From NCBI RefSeq assembly GCF_041886205.1, contig NZ_CP169029.1: a DNA stretch of 64,000 nucleotides; one strand, given 5' to 3'. The position numbers and the translations under genes are program-made. Positions 21,882 through 30,753 of the stretch are shown in pieces; within the stretch, counting starts at the first letter, position 1; each line of letters opens with the position of its first letter. The notes under the pieces were generated by a model, which was given only the letters and a program-made list of their open reading frames with translations, was not told the origin of the DNA and did no database searches. This DNA is from Escherichia coli (GTDB lineage: Bacteria > Pseudomonadota > Gammaproteobacteria > Enterobacterales > Enterobacteriaceae).

Positions 21882-22595
21882 GTGAATCAACGTAATATGT
21901 CAATAATTAATTCCACGCCAGTGCGTGTTATTGCCATTGTAGGATGTGATGGTTCAGGTAAATCGACCCTCACGGCAAGCCTGGTAAATAAACTGGCAGC
22001 AAGAATGCCAACAGAACACATTTATCTCGGGCAATCGTCCGGGCGAATTGGCGAATGGATTTCACAGCTCCCTGTTATTGGCGCACCTTTTGGGCGTTAT
22101 TTGCGAAGTAAAGCGGCACATGTACACGAAAAGCCCTCAACACCGCCTGGCAATATTACTGCACTGGTTATCTATCTGCTTTCCTGCTGGCGGGCGTACA
22201 AGTTTCGCAAAATGTTGTGTAAAAGCCAGCAAGGCTATCTGCTCATCACCGACCGCTACCCGCAGGTTGAAGTGCCGGGTTTTCGCTTTGATGGCCCGCA
22301 ATTGGCAAAAACCACGGGCGGTAACGGTTGGATAAAAATGTTAAGGCAGCGCGAGTTGAAGCTGTACCAATGGATGGCGTCTTATTTACCCGTATTGTTG
22401 ATTCGTCTTGGCATTGATGAACAAACCGCGTTTGCGCGTAAACCTGACCACCAACTGGCAGCGTTACAGGAAAAAATCGCCGTTACGCCGCAACTGACGT
22501 TCAACGGTGCCAGGATCCTTGAACTGGATGGTCGGCAACCAGCCGATGAAATTCTGCAAGCGTCACTACGCGCAATTCACGCCGCGCTTTCCTGA
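21882..22595 (+). CDS. yghS: P-loop NTPase/kinase-like protein YghS (237 aa)
   Basis: Walker A IAIVGCDGSGKSTL. Contains DRYPQ and ARKPDH. Paralog of YghT and YghR. Confidence 0.88.
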   Translation: MNQRNMSIINSTPVRVIAIVGCDGSGKSTLTASLVNKLAARMPTEHIYLGQSSGRIGEWISQLPVIGAPFGRYLRSKAAHVHEKPSTPPGNITALVIYLLSCWRAYKFRKMLCKSQQGYLLITDRYPQVEVPGFRFDGPQLAKTTGGNGWIKMLRQRELKLYQWMASYLPVLLIRLGIDEQTAFARKPDHQLAALQEKIAVTPQLTFNGARILELDGRQPADEILQASLRAIHAALS

Positions 22596-22626
22596 TCACC
22601 AAAATGGATAGGGGATGATTTAACGA

Positions 22627-23385
22627 ATGGATGCACTACAAACACAAACTGTTAATAGTACAACCGCGCCGCAGCCCAACTACATTCCGGGGCTGATTGC
22701 GGTGGTCGGGTGTGATGGCACCGGTAAATCCACACTGACCACTGACCTGGTGAAATCGCTGCAACAACACTGGCAAACTGAGCGGCGCTATCTGGGGCTG
22801 CTCTCCGGCGAAGACGGCGACAAAATCAAACGATTGCCGTTGGTTGGCGTCTGGCTGGAACGGCGACTGGCGGCCAAATCCTCGAAAACCCAAAGCATGA
22901 AAACCAAATCTCCGGCGCTATGGGCGGCGGTGATTATGTACTGCTTTTCGCTGCGAAGAATGGCGAATCTACGCAAGGTTCAGCGACTGGCGCAAAGTGG
23001 CGTTCTGGTGGTCAGCGATCGCTTCCCGCAGGCTGAAATTTCGGGCTTTTATTATGACGGACCGGGGATCGGCGTCGAACGTGCGACCGGGAAAATCAGC
23101 ATGTTTCTGGCGCAGCGCGAACGGCGTTTATACCAAAAAATGGCGCAATACCGTCCTGAATTAATCATTCGTTTGGGGATTGATATTGATACTGCCATCT
23201 CCCGCAAGCCTGACCATGACTATGCCGAGCTGCAGGACAAAATCGGCGTCATGTCGACGATTGGCTATAACGGCACAAAAATTCTTGAGATTGATGCCAG
23301 AGCGCCCTACAGCGAAGTGCTGGAACAGGCACAGAAGGCGGTTTCTCTGGTTGCCATCGTTTCTGACCGCCGAAGTTTAACTTAA
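22627..23385 (+). CDS. yghR: P-loop NTPase/kinase-like protein YghR (252 aa)
   Basis: Walker A IAVVGCDGTGKSTL. Contains DRFPQ and SRKPDH. Paralog of YghS and YghT. Confidence 0.88.
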   Translation: MDALQTQTVNSTTAPQPNYIPGLIAVVGCDGTGKSTLTTDLVKSLQQHWQTERRYLGLLSGEDGDKIKRLPLVGVWLERRLAAKSSKTQSMKTKSPALWAAVIMYCFSLRRMANLRKVQRLAQSGVLVVSDRFPQAEISGFYYDGPGIGVERATGKISMFLAQRERRLYQKMAQYRPELIIRLGIDIDTAISRKPDHDYAELQDKIGVMSTIGYNGTKILEIDARAPYSEVLEQAQKAVSLVAIVSDRRSLT

Positions 23386-23430
23386 GGCTGGCGGGATACT
23401 TTTTACTATCAACGATAAGGTCAGGCTGAA

Positions 23431-24780
23431 TTGGCGGGTTTTAACATCAAACATTGGTTTGCAGATGGCGCGTTTCGCACCATTATTCGCAATAGCGCCT
23501 GGTTAGGCTCCAGTAATGTCGTGAGCGCCTTGCTGGGGCTGTTGGCGCTCTCGTGTGCCGGTAAAGGGATGACGCCCGCCATGTTTGGCGTACTGGTGAT
23601 TGTGCAATCGTACGCCAAGTCGATCAGCGATTTTATTAAGTTTCAGACATGGCAGTTGGTGGTGCAGTACGGAACGCCAGCCTTGACCAACAATAATCCG
23701 CAGCAATTTCGCAATGTCGTCTCATTTTCCTTCTCGCTGGATATCGTCAGCGGCGCGGTGGCGATTGTCGGCGGCATTGCCTTACTACCATTCCTTTCCC
23801 ATTCATTAGGTCTGGATGACCAAAGTTTTTGGCTGGCGGCGCTGTATTGCACGCTCATTCCTTCAATGGCTTCCTCCACGCCGACCGGCATTCTGCGTGC
23901 GGTAGATCGCTTCGATTTAATTGCTGTACAGCAGGCGACGAAACCTTTTCTGCGCGCAGCGGGGAGCGTCGTAGCCTGGTATTTTGACTTTGGTTTTGCG
24001 GGTTTTGTTATTGCCTGGTACGTGTCGAATCTGGTTGGCGGCACCATGTACTGGTGGTTTGCAGCGCGCGAATTACGCCGCAGAAATATCCATAATGCCT
24101 TCAAATTGAATCTGTTTGAGTCTGCCCGACACATCAAAGGCGCGTGGAGTTTTGTCTGGTCAACCAACATTGCCCACTCCATCTGGTCGGCGCGTAACTC
24201 GTGCAGCACAGTGCTGGTGGGGATCGTGTTAGGACCCGCTGCCGCCGGGTTATTTAAAATCGCCATGACATTCTTCGACGCCGCCGGAACGCCAGCGGGT
24301 TTGCTGGGTAAAAGTTTTTACCCAGAGGTGATGCGTTTAGATCCGCGCACCACCAGACCGTGGTTGTTAGGTGTGAAGTCCGGTTTACTGGCGGGCGGAA
24401 TCGGTATTCTGGTGGCGCTCGCGGTGTTGATCGCCGGCAAGTCGCTCATTTCGCTGGTGTTTGGCGTTAAGTATCTCGAAGCGTATGACCTGATTCAGGT
24501 GATGCTGGGCGCAATTGTGATTTCGATGCTGGGTTTCCCGCAGGAGTCATTGCTATTGATGGCGGGAAAACAGCGCGCTTTTCTCGTGGCGCAAACCATC
24601 GCCTCAATCGGCTACATCGTATTGCTGTTCATGTTCTGTCATCTGTTTGGTGTGCTGGGAGCAGCGTTTGCCTACTTCGGTGGGCAATGTCTGGATGTGG
24701 TGCTCTCGTTAATTCCAACTTTAAAGGCATTTTTTCAGCGTCATTCCTTGCTTTATAACGCAGCCGGAGAGAAATCCTGA
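23431..24780 (+). CDS. yghQ: Polytopic MOP/Wzx-like flippase-family membrane protein YghQ, full-length form (449 aa from a TTG start)
   Basis: About 12 hydrophobic segments throughout. The start is uncertain: TTG at 23431, with the next in-frame ATG in GKGMTPAMFG. Confidence 0.75.
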   Translation: MAGFNIKHWFADGAFRTIIRNSAWLGSSNVVSALLGLLALSCAGKGMTPAMFGVLVIVQSYAKSISDFIKFQTWQLVVQYGTPALTNNNPQQFRNVVSFSFSLDIVSGAVAIVGGIALLPFLSHSLGLDDQSFWLAALYCTLIPSMASSTPTGILRAVDRFDLIAVQQATKPFLRAAGSVVAWYFDFGFAGFVIAWYVSNLVGGTMYWWFAARELRRRNIHNAFKLNLFESARHIKGAWSFVWSTNIAHSIWSARNSCSTVLVGIVLGPAAAGLFKIAMTFFDAAGTPAGLLGKSFYPEVMRLDPRTTRPWLLGVKSGLLAGGIGILVALAVLIAGKSLISLVFGVKYLEAYDLIQVMLGAIVISMLGFPQESLLLMAGKQRAFLVAQTIASIGYIVLLFMFCHLFGVLGAAFAYFGGQCLDVVLSLIPTLKAFFQRHSLLYNAAGEKS

Positions 24781-25604
24781 TGATGAGAAAATATTTCCCG
24801 CTTGAGGCGAGCGAGCGTCTATTTGTTGCGATTGAGGAAGATGATGTCGTTGATGCCCAGGTCAGTTTGCCGCCGACTATTGCACTAAGTTGTACCACCG
24901 AAATCATCCATGATAATTACGCGTTATGCCTGCAGTTCTGGCTCAATGGCGTTAATCGTCAGGAGTTACTGCGTTTAATTCGCAAACAGACCAAAGGCGA
25001 TGAGCTGACGACAGACGAGCGCAAACAGTTTAAATACATGCGAGCGCGCTACAAGCATCTGCGTTTTGCGCAACGGCTATATTTAAAGAAGCATCAGGCC
25101 GGATTTTTATTCGGCAAAACGACCGTTTTTCTGGGGCGTTTTCAGGACGGCTTTCGTAACGGTAAGAAAAATATTGTGTCGTATTACGGTAACCTGTTAC
25201 GGATTTATTTAAGCTCTCCGGTCTGGTCGTTGGTGAACTATTCATTACGCCATAGCCAGTTAGAAAGCGTAAGCGGTTTTATTGCCTATCGGCAAAAGCA
25301 AATGCATGCCCTGAAAGAGATAATTGCCAAACCGCGACTAACCGGCAGGGAATTTCATGATGTGCGAAAAATCATCAGCCAGCAGGTTTCTTATTACGAC
25401 ACCTTAAGATCGCTTGATCCTGAAAATAAAGAGGCGTTACAGGTTTCCCGCTTCCTCGCCGCCATTAATGGCCTGATGGGGGATAAACACGACGACATGG
25501 TGGCGGATGATATGGAAAACCGCCAGTCGTATGATGCACCGGTGGCGCTGGATAGCGATATTCGCCAGCGCTTAGAGCTGCTGATTTCGCGTTTTCCGCT
25601 ATAA
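24780..25604 (+). CDS. Hypothetical soluble protein (274 aa), translationally coupled to yghQ
   Basis: Its ATG overlaps the yghQ TGA (TGATG). Basic and helical with no TM segments. I recognise no family. Confidence 0.6.
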   Translation: MMRKYFPLEASERLFVAIEEDDVVDAQVSLPPTIALSCTTEIIHDNYALCLQFWLNGVNRQELLRLIRKQTKGDELTTDERKQFKYMRARYKHLRFAQRLYLKKHQAGFLFGKTTVFLGRFQDGFRNGKKNIVSYYGNLLRIYLSSPVWSLVNYSLRHSQLESVSGFIAYRQKQMHALKEIIAKPRLTGREFHDVRKIISQQVSYYDTLRSLDPENKEALQVSRFLAAINGLMGDKHDDMVADDMENRQSYDAPVALDSDIRQRLELLISRFPL

Positions 25605-25612
25605 CCGGAGCA

Positions 25613-26176
25613 ATGATGTCATCTCGTTTGATTATTGCGCTGATTATCATGCTCTTAGCCCCGGGTGCGCAGGCACACAATTTCGTCACTGGCAAAACGG
25701 TTACCCCTGTTTATATTCAGGAAGGCGGCGAGCTGCTTCTGAATAGCGACGACGAAATTCACTACCAAAAGTGGAAAAGCACACAATTGGCGGGAAAAGT
25801 CCGCATTATTCAGTATATCGCCGGGCGTAAGTCGGCGAAGAAAAAGAACTCACTGTTAATTAAAGCGGTTGAAGCGGCAAACTTTCCGCAGGATCGTTTT
25901 CAGCCCACCACCATTGTGAACACCGATGATGCCATCTTTGGTACTGGCTATTTTGTTGTTGGCAAAATCGAAAAAAATAAACGCCGCTATCCGTGGGCGC
26001 AATTCGTTATTGACGGCAATGGACTGGGACGCATTGCCTGGCGCTTGCCGGAGCAGAGTTCAACCATTCTGGTGCTGAATAAAGCCGGGCAAATTCAGTG
26101 GGCAAAGGACGGCAGCCTGACGCCGGAAGAGGTAGATCATGTCATTGCGCTGGCGCAGAAGCTGATCAATGAATAA
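25613..26176 (+). CDS. YtfJ-like periplasmic protein with signal peptide (186-187 aa)
   Basis: Signal peptide MMSSRLIIALIIMLLAPGAQA/HN. The rest resembles the YtfJ family. The GGAG RBS favours the second ATG, at 25616. Confidence 0.7.
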   Translation: MMSSRLIIALIIMLLAPGAQAHNFVTGKTVTPVYIQEGGELLLNSDDEIHYQKWKSTQLAGKVRIIQYIAGRKSAKKKNSLLIKAVEAANFPQDRFQPTTIVNTDDAIFGTGYFVVGKIEKNKRRYPWAQFVIDGNGLGRIAWRLPEQSSTILVLNKAGQIQWAKDGSLTPEEVDHVIALAQKLINE

Positions 26177-26205
26177 AAATTCAAAGGATTGAGGGCGTTA
26201 GTGAG

Positions 26206-27276
26206 ATGAAGCTGGTTGAACACTACATCATGCGTGGTACGCGCCGTCTGGTGCTGATTATCGTCGGTTTTCTGATCTTTATTTTCGCCAGCTACTCCGC
26301 ACAGCGTTATCTGACCGAAGCGGCAAATGGGACATTAGCTCTTGATGTTGTGCTGGATATCGTTTTCTACAAAGTGCTGATTGCACTGGAGATGTTGTTA
26401 CCTGTTGGTCTGTATGTGTCAGTTGGCGTGACGCTAGGGCAGATGTATACCGACTCGGAAATTACCGCTATCTCTGCGGCGGGGGGCAGTCCGGGACGCT
26501 TGTACAAAGCCGTTCTTTATCTGGCGATACCGCTAAGTATTTTTGTCACCCTTCTGTCGATGTATGGTCGTCCGTGGGCTTATGCGCAGATTTATCAACT
26601 GGAGCAACAGTCGCAGTCGGAGCTGGATGTTCGCCAGTTGCGGGCAAAGAAATTTAACACTAACGATAACGGACGAATGATCCTTTCGCAGACGGTTGAT
26701 CAGGATAATAATCGCCTGACTGACGCGCTGATTTATACTTCTACTGCCAATCGAACCCGCATTTTCCGCGCCCGTTCGGTTGATGTGGTTGACCCATCAC
26801 CCGAGAAACCGACCGTTATGTTGCATAACGGGACCGCCTATCTTCTCGATCATCAGGGGCGTGACGACAACGAACAGATCTACCGTAATCTGCAATTACA
26901 TCTGAATCCGCTGGATCAAAGCCCTAACGTCAAACGCAAAGCAAAATCGGTCACGGAGCTGGCGCGCTCCGCCTTTCCTGCCGATCATGCCGAACTGCAA
27001 TGGCGACAAAGCCGTGGCCTGACAGCATTGTTGATGGCGCTGCTGGCCATTTCATTAAGTCGGGTAAAACTGCGGCAAGGGCGATTTTCAACATTATTGC
27101 CACTGACGTTGCTGTTTATTGCCATTTTTTATGGCGGCGACGTCTGCCGTACGCTGGTGGCTAACGGCGCGATTCCCCTCATTCCTGGTTTGTGGTTAGT
27201 ACCCGGACTCATGCTAATGGGCCTGCTGATGCTGGTCGCACGCGACTTCTCTTTGCTGCAGAAATTTTCCCGATGA
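26206..27276 (+). CDS. LptF/YjgP-family ABC-type permease paralog (356 aa)
   Basis: Three N-terminal TM segments, a ~150-aa periplasmic beta-rich insert and three C-terminal TM segments, which is the YjgP/YjgQ (LptF/LptG) topology. Confidence 0.75.
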   Translation: MKLVEHYIMRGTRRLVLIIVGFLIFIFASYSAQRYLTEAANGTLALDVVLDIVFYKVLIALEMLLPVGLYVSVGVTLGQMYTDSEITAISAAGGSPGRLYKAVLYLAIPLSIFVTLLSMYGRPWAYAQIYQLEQQSQSELDVRQLRAKKFNTNDNGRMILSQTVDQDNNRLTDALIYTSTANRTRIFRARSVDVVDPSPEKPTVMLHNGTAYLLDHQGRDDNEQIYRNLQLHLNPLDQSPNVKRKAKSVTELARSAFPADHAELQWRQSRGLTALLMALLAISLSRVKLRQGRFSTLLPLTLLFIAIFYGGDVCRTLVANGAIPLIPGLWLVPGLMLMGLLMLVARDFSLLQKFSR

Positions 27277-28352
27277 ATGTTTTCAGTCGCTATTTAATCC
27301 GTCATCTCTTTCTCGGTTTTGCCGCCGCCGCAGGGCTATTGCTGCCGCTTTTTACCACCTTCAACCTGATTAACGAACTGGATGATGTCAGCCCGGGCGG
27401 TTATCGCTGGACTCAGGCGGTGCTGGTGGTGCTAATGACCTTACCGCGCACACTGGTCGAACTTTCGCCATTTATCGCCTTATTGGGAGGGATTGTCGGC
27501 CTGGGGCAGTTATCGAAAAACAGTGAGCTTACCGCCATTCGCAGCATGGGGTTTTCTATCTTCCGTATTGCACTGGTGGCACTGGTTGCAGGGATATTGT
27601 GGACTGTTTCGTTAGGCGCGATAGATGAGTGGGTGGCGTCGCCATTGCAGCAACAGGCGTTGCAAATCAAATCGACCGCCACCGCGTTGGGGGAGGACGA
27701 TGACATTACCGGCAATATGCTGTGGGCCAGGCGTGGTAATGAATTTGTGACGGTGAAATCGCTGAACGAGCAGGGCCAGCCGGTGGGCGTGGAGATTTTT
27801 CATTATCGTGACGATCTCTCGCTCGAATCCTACATTTATGCACGCAGTGCCACCATTAAAGACGACAAAATGTGGATCCTGCATGGTGTGAATCATAAAA
27901 AATGGCTTAACGGTAAAGAAACGCTGGAAACATCAGATAATCTTGCCTGGCAATCTGCCTTCACCAGTATGGATCTTGAAGAGTTATCGATGCCGGGGAA
28001 TACTTTTTCTGTCTGTCAGCTTAATCATTACATCCATTATTTGCAGGAAACCGGGCAACCCAGCAGCGAATACCGCCTTGCACTGTGGGAAAAACTGGGG
28101 CAACCCATCCTGACCCTGGCGATGATTTTGCTGGCTGTACCGTTTACCTTTAGCGCCCCGCGCTCGCCAGGGATGGGTAGCCGTCTCGCTGTAGGCGTCA
28201 TCGTTGGCTTACTCACCTGGATCAGCTATCAAATCATGGTCAATCTGGGATTGCTATTTGCGTTAAGCGCACCTGTTACCGCGCTCGGTTTACCGATAGC
28301 GTTTGTGCTGGTGGCGTTGAGCCTGGTGTATTGGTATGACAGACAACATTAA
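27273..28352 (+). CDS. LptG/YjgQ-family ABC-type permease paralog (359 aa)
   Basis: Sits in ORF 27192..28352. The start MNVFSRYLIRHLFLGF at 27273 overlaps the upstream stop (ATGA). Same 3+3 TM topology with a central periplasmic domain. Confidence 0.75.
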   Translation: MNVFSRYLIRHLFLGFAAAAGLLLPLFTTFNLINELDDVSPGGYRWTQAVLVVLMTLPRTLVELSPFIALLGGIVGLGQLSKNSELTAIRSMGFSIFRIALVALVAGILWTVSLGAIDEWVASPLQQQALQIKSTATALGEDDDITGNMLWARRGNEFVTVKSLNEQGQPVGVEIFHYRDDLSLESYIYARSATIKDDKMWILHGVNHKKWLNGKETLETSDNLAWQSAFTSMDLEELSMPGNTFSVCQLNHYIHYLQETGQPSSEYRLALWEKLGQPILTLAMILLAVPFTFSAPRSPGMGSRLAVGVIVGLLTWISYQIMVNLGLLFALSAPVTALGLPIAFVLVALSLVYWYDRQH

Positions 28353-28353
28353 A

Positions 28354-28380
28354 CCCGCCGTGGCGCAACACCACGACGGG
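28354..28380. terminator. Hairpin in the 34-nt gap between the convergent operons
   Basis: CCCGCCGTGG (28354-28363), loop CGCAACA, CCACGACGGG (28371-28380). One mismatch and no strong T tract. Confidence 0.4.
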
Positions 28381-28386
28381 CTCACA

Positions 28387-29559
28387 TTACTGCTTCAGAG
28401 TAGCAAATGTCTGAATGATGGCATCGATTTGCTCACGACTGTGGGCAGCGTTTACGCTACAGCGCAGCAGCGTAATGCCCGCAGGCGCGGCAGGCGGCAG
28501 GATAAGATTCACATACACGCCCAGCGAGATAAGCTCGCGCCAGATGCGCAACCCTTCCTCTTTCGAACCGATTATTACCGGCACTACCGGGCTAATATGT
28601 GAACTTAACTCATAACCCAGTTTTTGCAGACCGTCATACAGATGGTTGGCGTTATCCATCAGCTTTTGCCGCAGCTCTGGTTGTGAGGCAATGGTTCTTA
28701 ACGATGAGCGCACGGTCGCAATGCAGGACGGAGAAGGAGAGGCGGTAAAAATATACGGGCGGCTGCCGTAGCGCAGCACTTCCATCGCTTCCGAACCGAC
28801 AGCAAAACCGCCAATCGAGGCCAGACTTTTACTGAAAGTACCAACGATAATATCCACATCATCTTCAACGCCGACAGCTTCAGCCAGTCCACGCCCCGTT
28901 GCACCTAACACGCCAAACGAATGCGCTTCATCGACAATCAAATAACCACCGAGACGACGTTTGATATCAACAATTTCCGCCAGCGGCGCAACGTCACCGA
29001 GCATGCTGTAGATGCCCTCAACGATGATAATCGCCTCTTTCGCCCGTTCACCGAGGCGAACCATGCGCCGTTCCAGATCTTTAGCATCGTTATGGCGGAA
29101 ACGAATAATTTCCGCGCCACCGAGAGAACAGGCGTCATAAATACTGGCGTGGCTGTCGGCATCCAGTAACACCACGGCGTTATGGTCGGCAAGTGCGCTG
29201 ATGACGCCTAAATTAGCGGTATAACCGGTTGAAAAAACGATAGCGGTAGGGCGATTGAAAAACTCGGCAATCTCTTTCTCTAACGCCAGGTGCGGCGCAT
29301 AACTGCCGTTTGCCATACGAGAACCGGTGGTGCCGGTGCCTTGGGCCGCTAACGCTGCCTGACCTTCGGCGATGGCATCATGATTAAAGGTTAAACCGAG
29401 ATAATTATTGGTCCCGGCCAGAATCACTTTTTTATTGCCGATCCGACCTTCGGTGGCGGAATACACTTCATCAATACAGGTGCCAAACGGTGTTAACCCG
29501 TTGTCACTAAATTGCAGTCGCTCGCCAGCAAGGCGCGCATATTTATCGTATAGCCCCAT
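28387..29559 (-). CDS. PLP-dependent alpha-oxoamine synthase, serine palmitoyltransferase-like (390 aa)
   Basis: AOS family (BioF/Kbl/SPT). The PLP-lysine motif GTFSKSLASIGGF is closest to the bacterial SPT-type GTFSKS signature. The start overlaps the ACP stop (TAATG). Confidence 0.85.
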   Translation of the reverse strand: MGLYDKYARLAGERLQFSDNGLTPFGTCIDEVYSATEGRIGNKKVILAGTNNYLGLTFNHDAIAEGQAALAAQGTGTTGSRMANGSYAPHLALEKEIAEFFNRPTAIVFSTGYTANLGVISALADHNAVVLLDADSHASIYDACSLGGAEIIRFRHNDAKDLERRMVRLGERAKEAIIIVEGIYSMLGDVAPLAEIVDIKRRLGGYLIVDEAHSFGVLGATGRGLAEAVGVEDDVDIIVGTFSKSLASIGGFAVGSEAMEVLRYGSRPYIFTASPSPSCIATVRSSLRTIASQPELRQKLMDNANHLYDGLQKLGYELSSHISPVVPVIIGSKEEGLRIWRELISLGVYVNLILPPAAPAGITLLRCSVNAAHSREQIDAIIQTFATLKQ

Positions 29560-29807
29560 TATTTATTCTCCAGCCATGGAAGTAGAGCTTCCATTAATTG
29601 CGCAGGGGTTTTGACATCCAGCAGAATATTAATAGGAATGGAAATATCGAATCTGTCTTCCAGCATCATTAAGAGATCCATCACTTTGATCGACTCCAGG
29701 CCAAGATCGTTGACGAGATCGCTGTCGGGCTTAATTTCCACACCGTTTTCGACCAAATCCTGTAAACAGGAAAGGATGTAATCCATTACTATTTCACGAT
29801 TTACCAT
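29559..29807 (-). CDS. Dedicated acyl carrier protein (82 aa)
   Basis: DLGLESIKVMDLLMMLE matches the ACP phosphopantetheine-attachment helix (DLGxDSLxxVEL) with the Ser retained. Small and acidic. Confidence 0.8.
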   Translation of the reverse strand: MVNREIVMDYILSCLQDLVENGVEIKPDSDLVNDLGLESIKVMDLLMMLEDRFDISIPINILLDVKTPAQLMEALLPWLENK

Positions 29808-29838
29808 AGAAACGTTAACACACCTTTAAACAAGACAA

Positions 29839-30753
29839 TCAAAATAGCCCGTTGCGTAATGCGTGTTCCAGGCTAATCCCGGGAAACCAATTAATATCTT
29901 CAGAAATACGGTTATTATTTGCCGACCAGTCGGCGTGGGTTAATTCACGAATTTTCGAGCGGGTCAGCATAGGTTCTTTACCTGCCAGGCGACTCAACGC
30001 AGTACTGATATCCGCAAGGCAGGTGAGTACCGGCAGAGGAATGCCAACCATCCGCACAGAACCACAACGGGCTTCGGCGGCAAGCTGTCGTACGCGTTGC
30101 CAGTCATAGCCGCCAGCGACGCCATCGCATAATTCATAGGTTTGCGTCTGTACAGTTTCGGCGCTTAACCACTGACCCACGGCTTGCGCGAAATCGGTGA
30201 CGTGCAGGAAAGAGAGCTGTGTATCTGGCGCACCAAGTCGTGGCAGCAGGCCGCGCAGCATCCAGTCAAACAGCGGTTTTAACTCTTTATCGCCTGGACC
30301 ATACACGGCTGTCGGGCGAAAAACGCCCAGCGTAATTTCATCAGCCATTGCAGTCAGCCGTTGTTCGGCGACGTGTTTGGAATTTGCGTACCAGGAGAGT
30401 TCGGGATGGCGCGCCGCCAGCGAAGAGATAAACAGAAAACGTTGGCAAAAGCCGCTCTCTTTTGCCGCTTGCATCAGGCGCAGGCTGCCGTCAACGTTAC
30501 AGCGGGTAAAAATCTCTTCTTTGTGCCCGCGCACTTGCCCGGCGCAATGGACCACCGCGCTGGCTCCGGCAACCAGTTCGCTAAGTGAATGAGTATCTTC
30601 CAGCGAACCGCGCACCCAGATGAGATTGTCATTGACGTGAGCGCGGGCAGTACGCGTCAATGCGCGAACGTGAAAGCCGCGGGCGAGCAGGTTATCGATA
30701 ATATATTTACCGATAAACCCGGTAGCGCCCGTCACCGCGACAGTTTGATTCAT
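29839..30753 (-). CDS. NAD(P)-dependent epimerase/dehydratase-family reductase (extended SDR, 304 aa)
   Basis: VTGATGFIGKYI Rossmann motif and YANSK (YxxxK) catalytic motif. The start overlaps the upstream stop (ATGA). Confidence 0.85.
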   Translation of the reverse strand: MNQTVAVTGATGFIGKYIIDNLLARGFHVRALTRTARAHVNDNLIWVRGSLEDTHSLSELVAGASAVVHCAGQVRGHKEEIFTRCNVDGSLRLMQAAKESGFCQRFLFISSLAARHPELSWYANSKHVAEQRLTAMADEITLGVFRPTAVYGPGDKELKPLFDWMLRGLLPRLGAPDTQLSFLHVTDFAQAVGQWLSAETVQTQTYELCDGVAGGYDWQRVRQLAAEARCGSVRMVGIPLPVLTCLADISTALSRLAGKEPMLTRSKIRELTHADWSANNNRISEDINWFPGISLEHALRNGLF

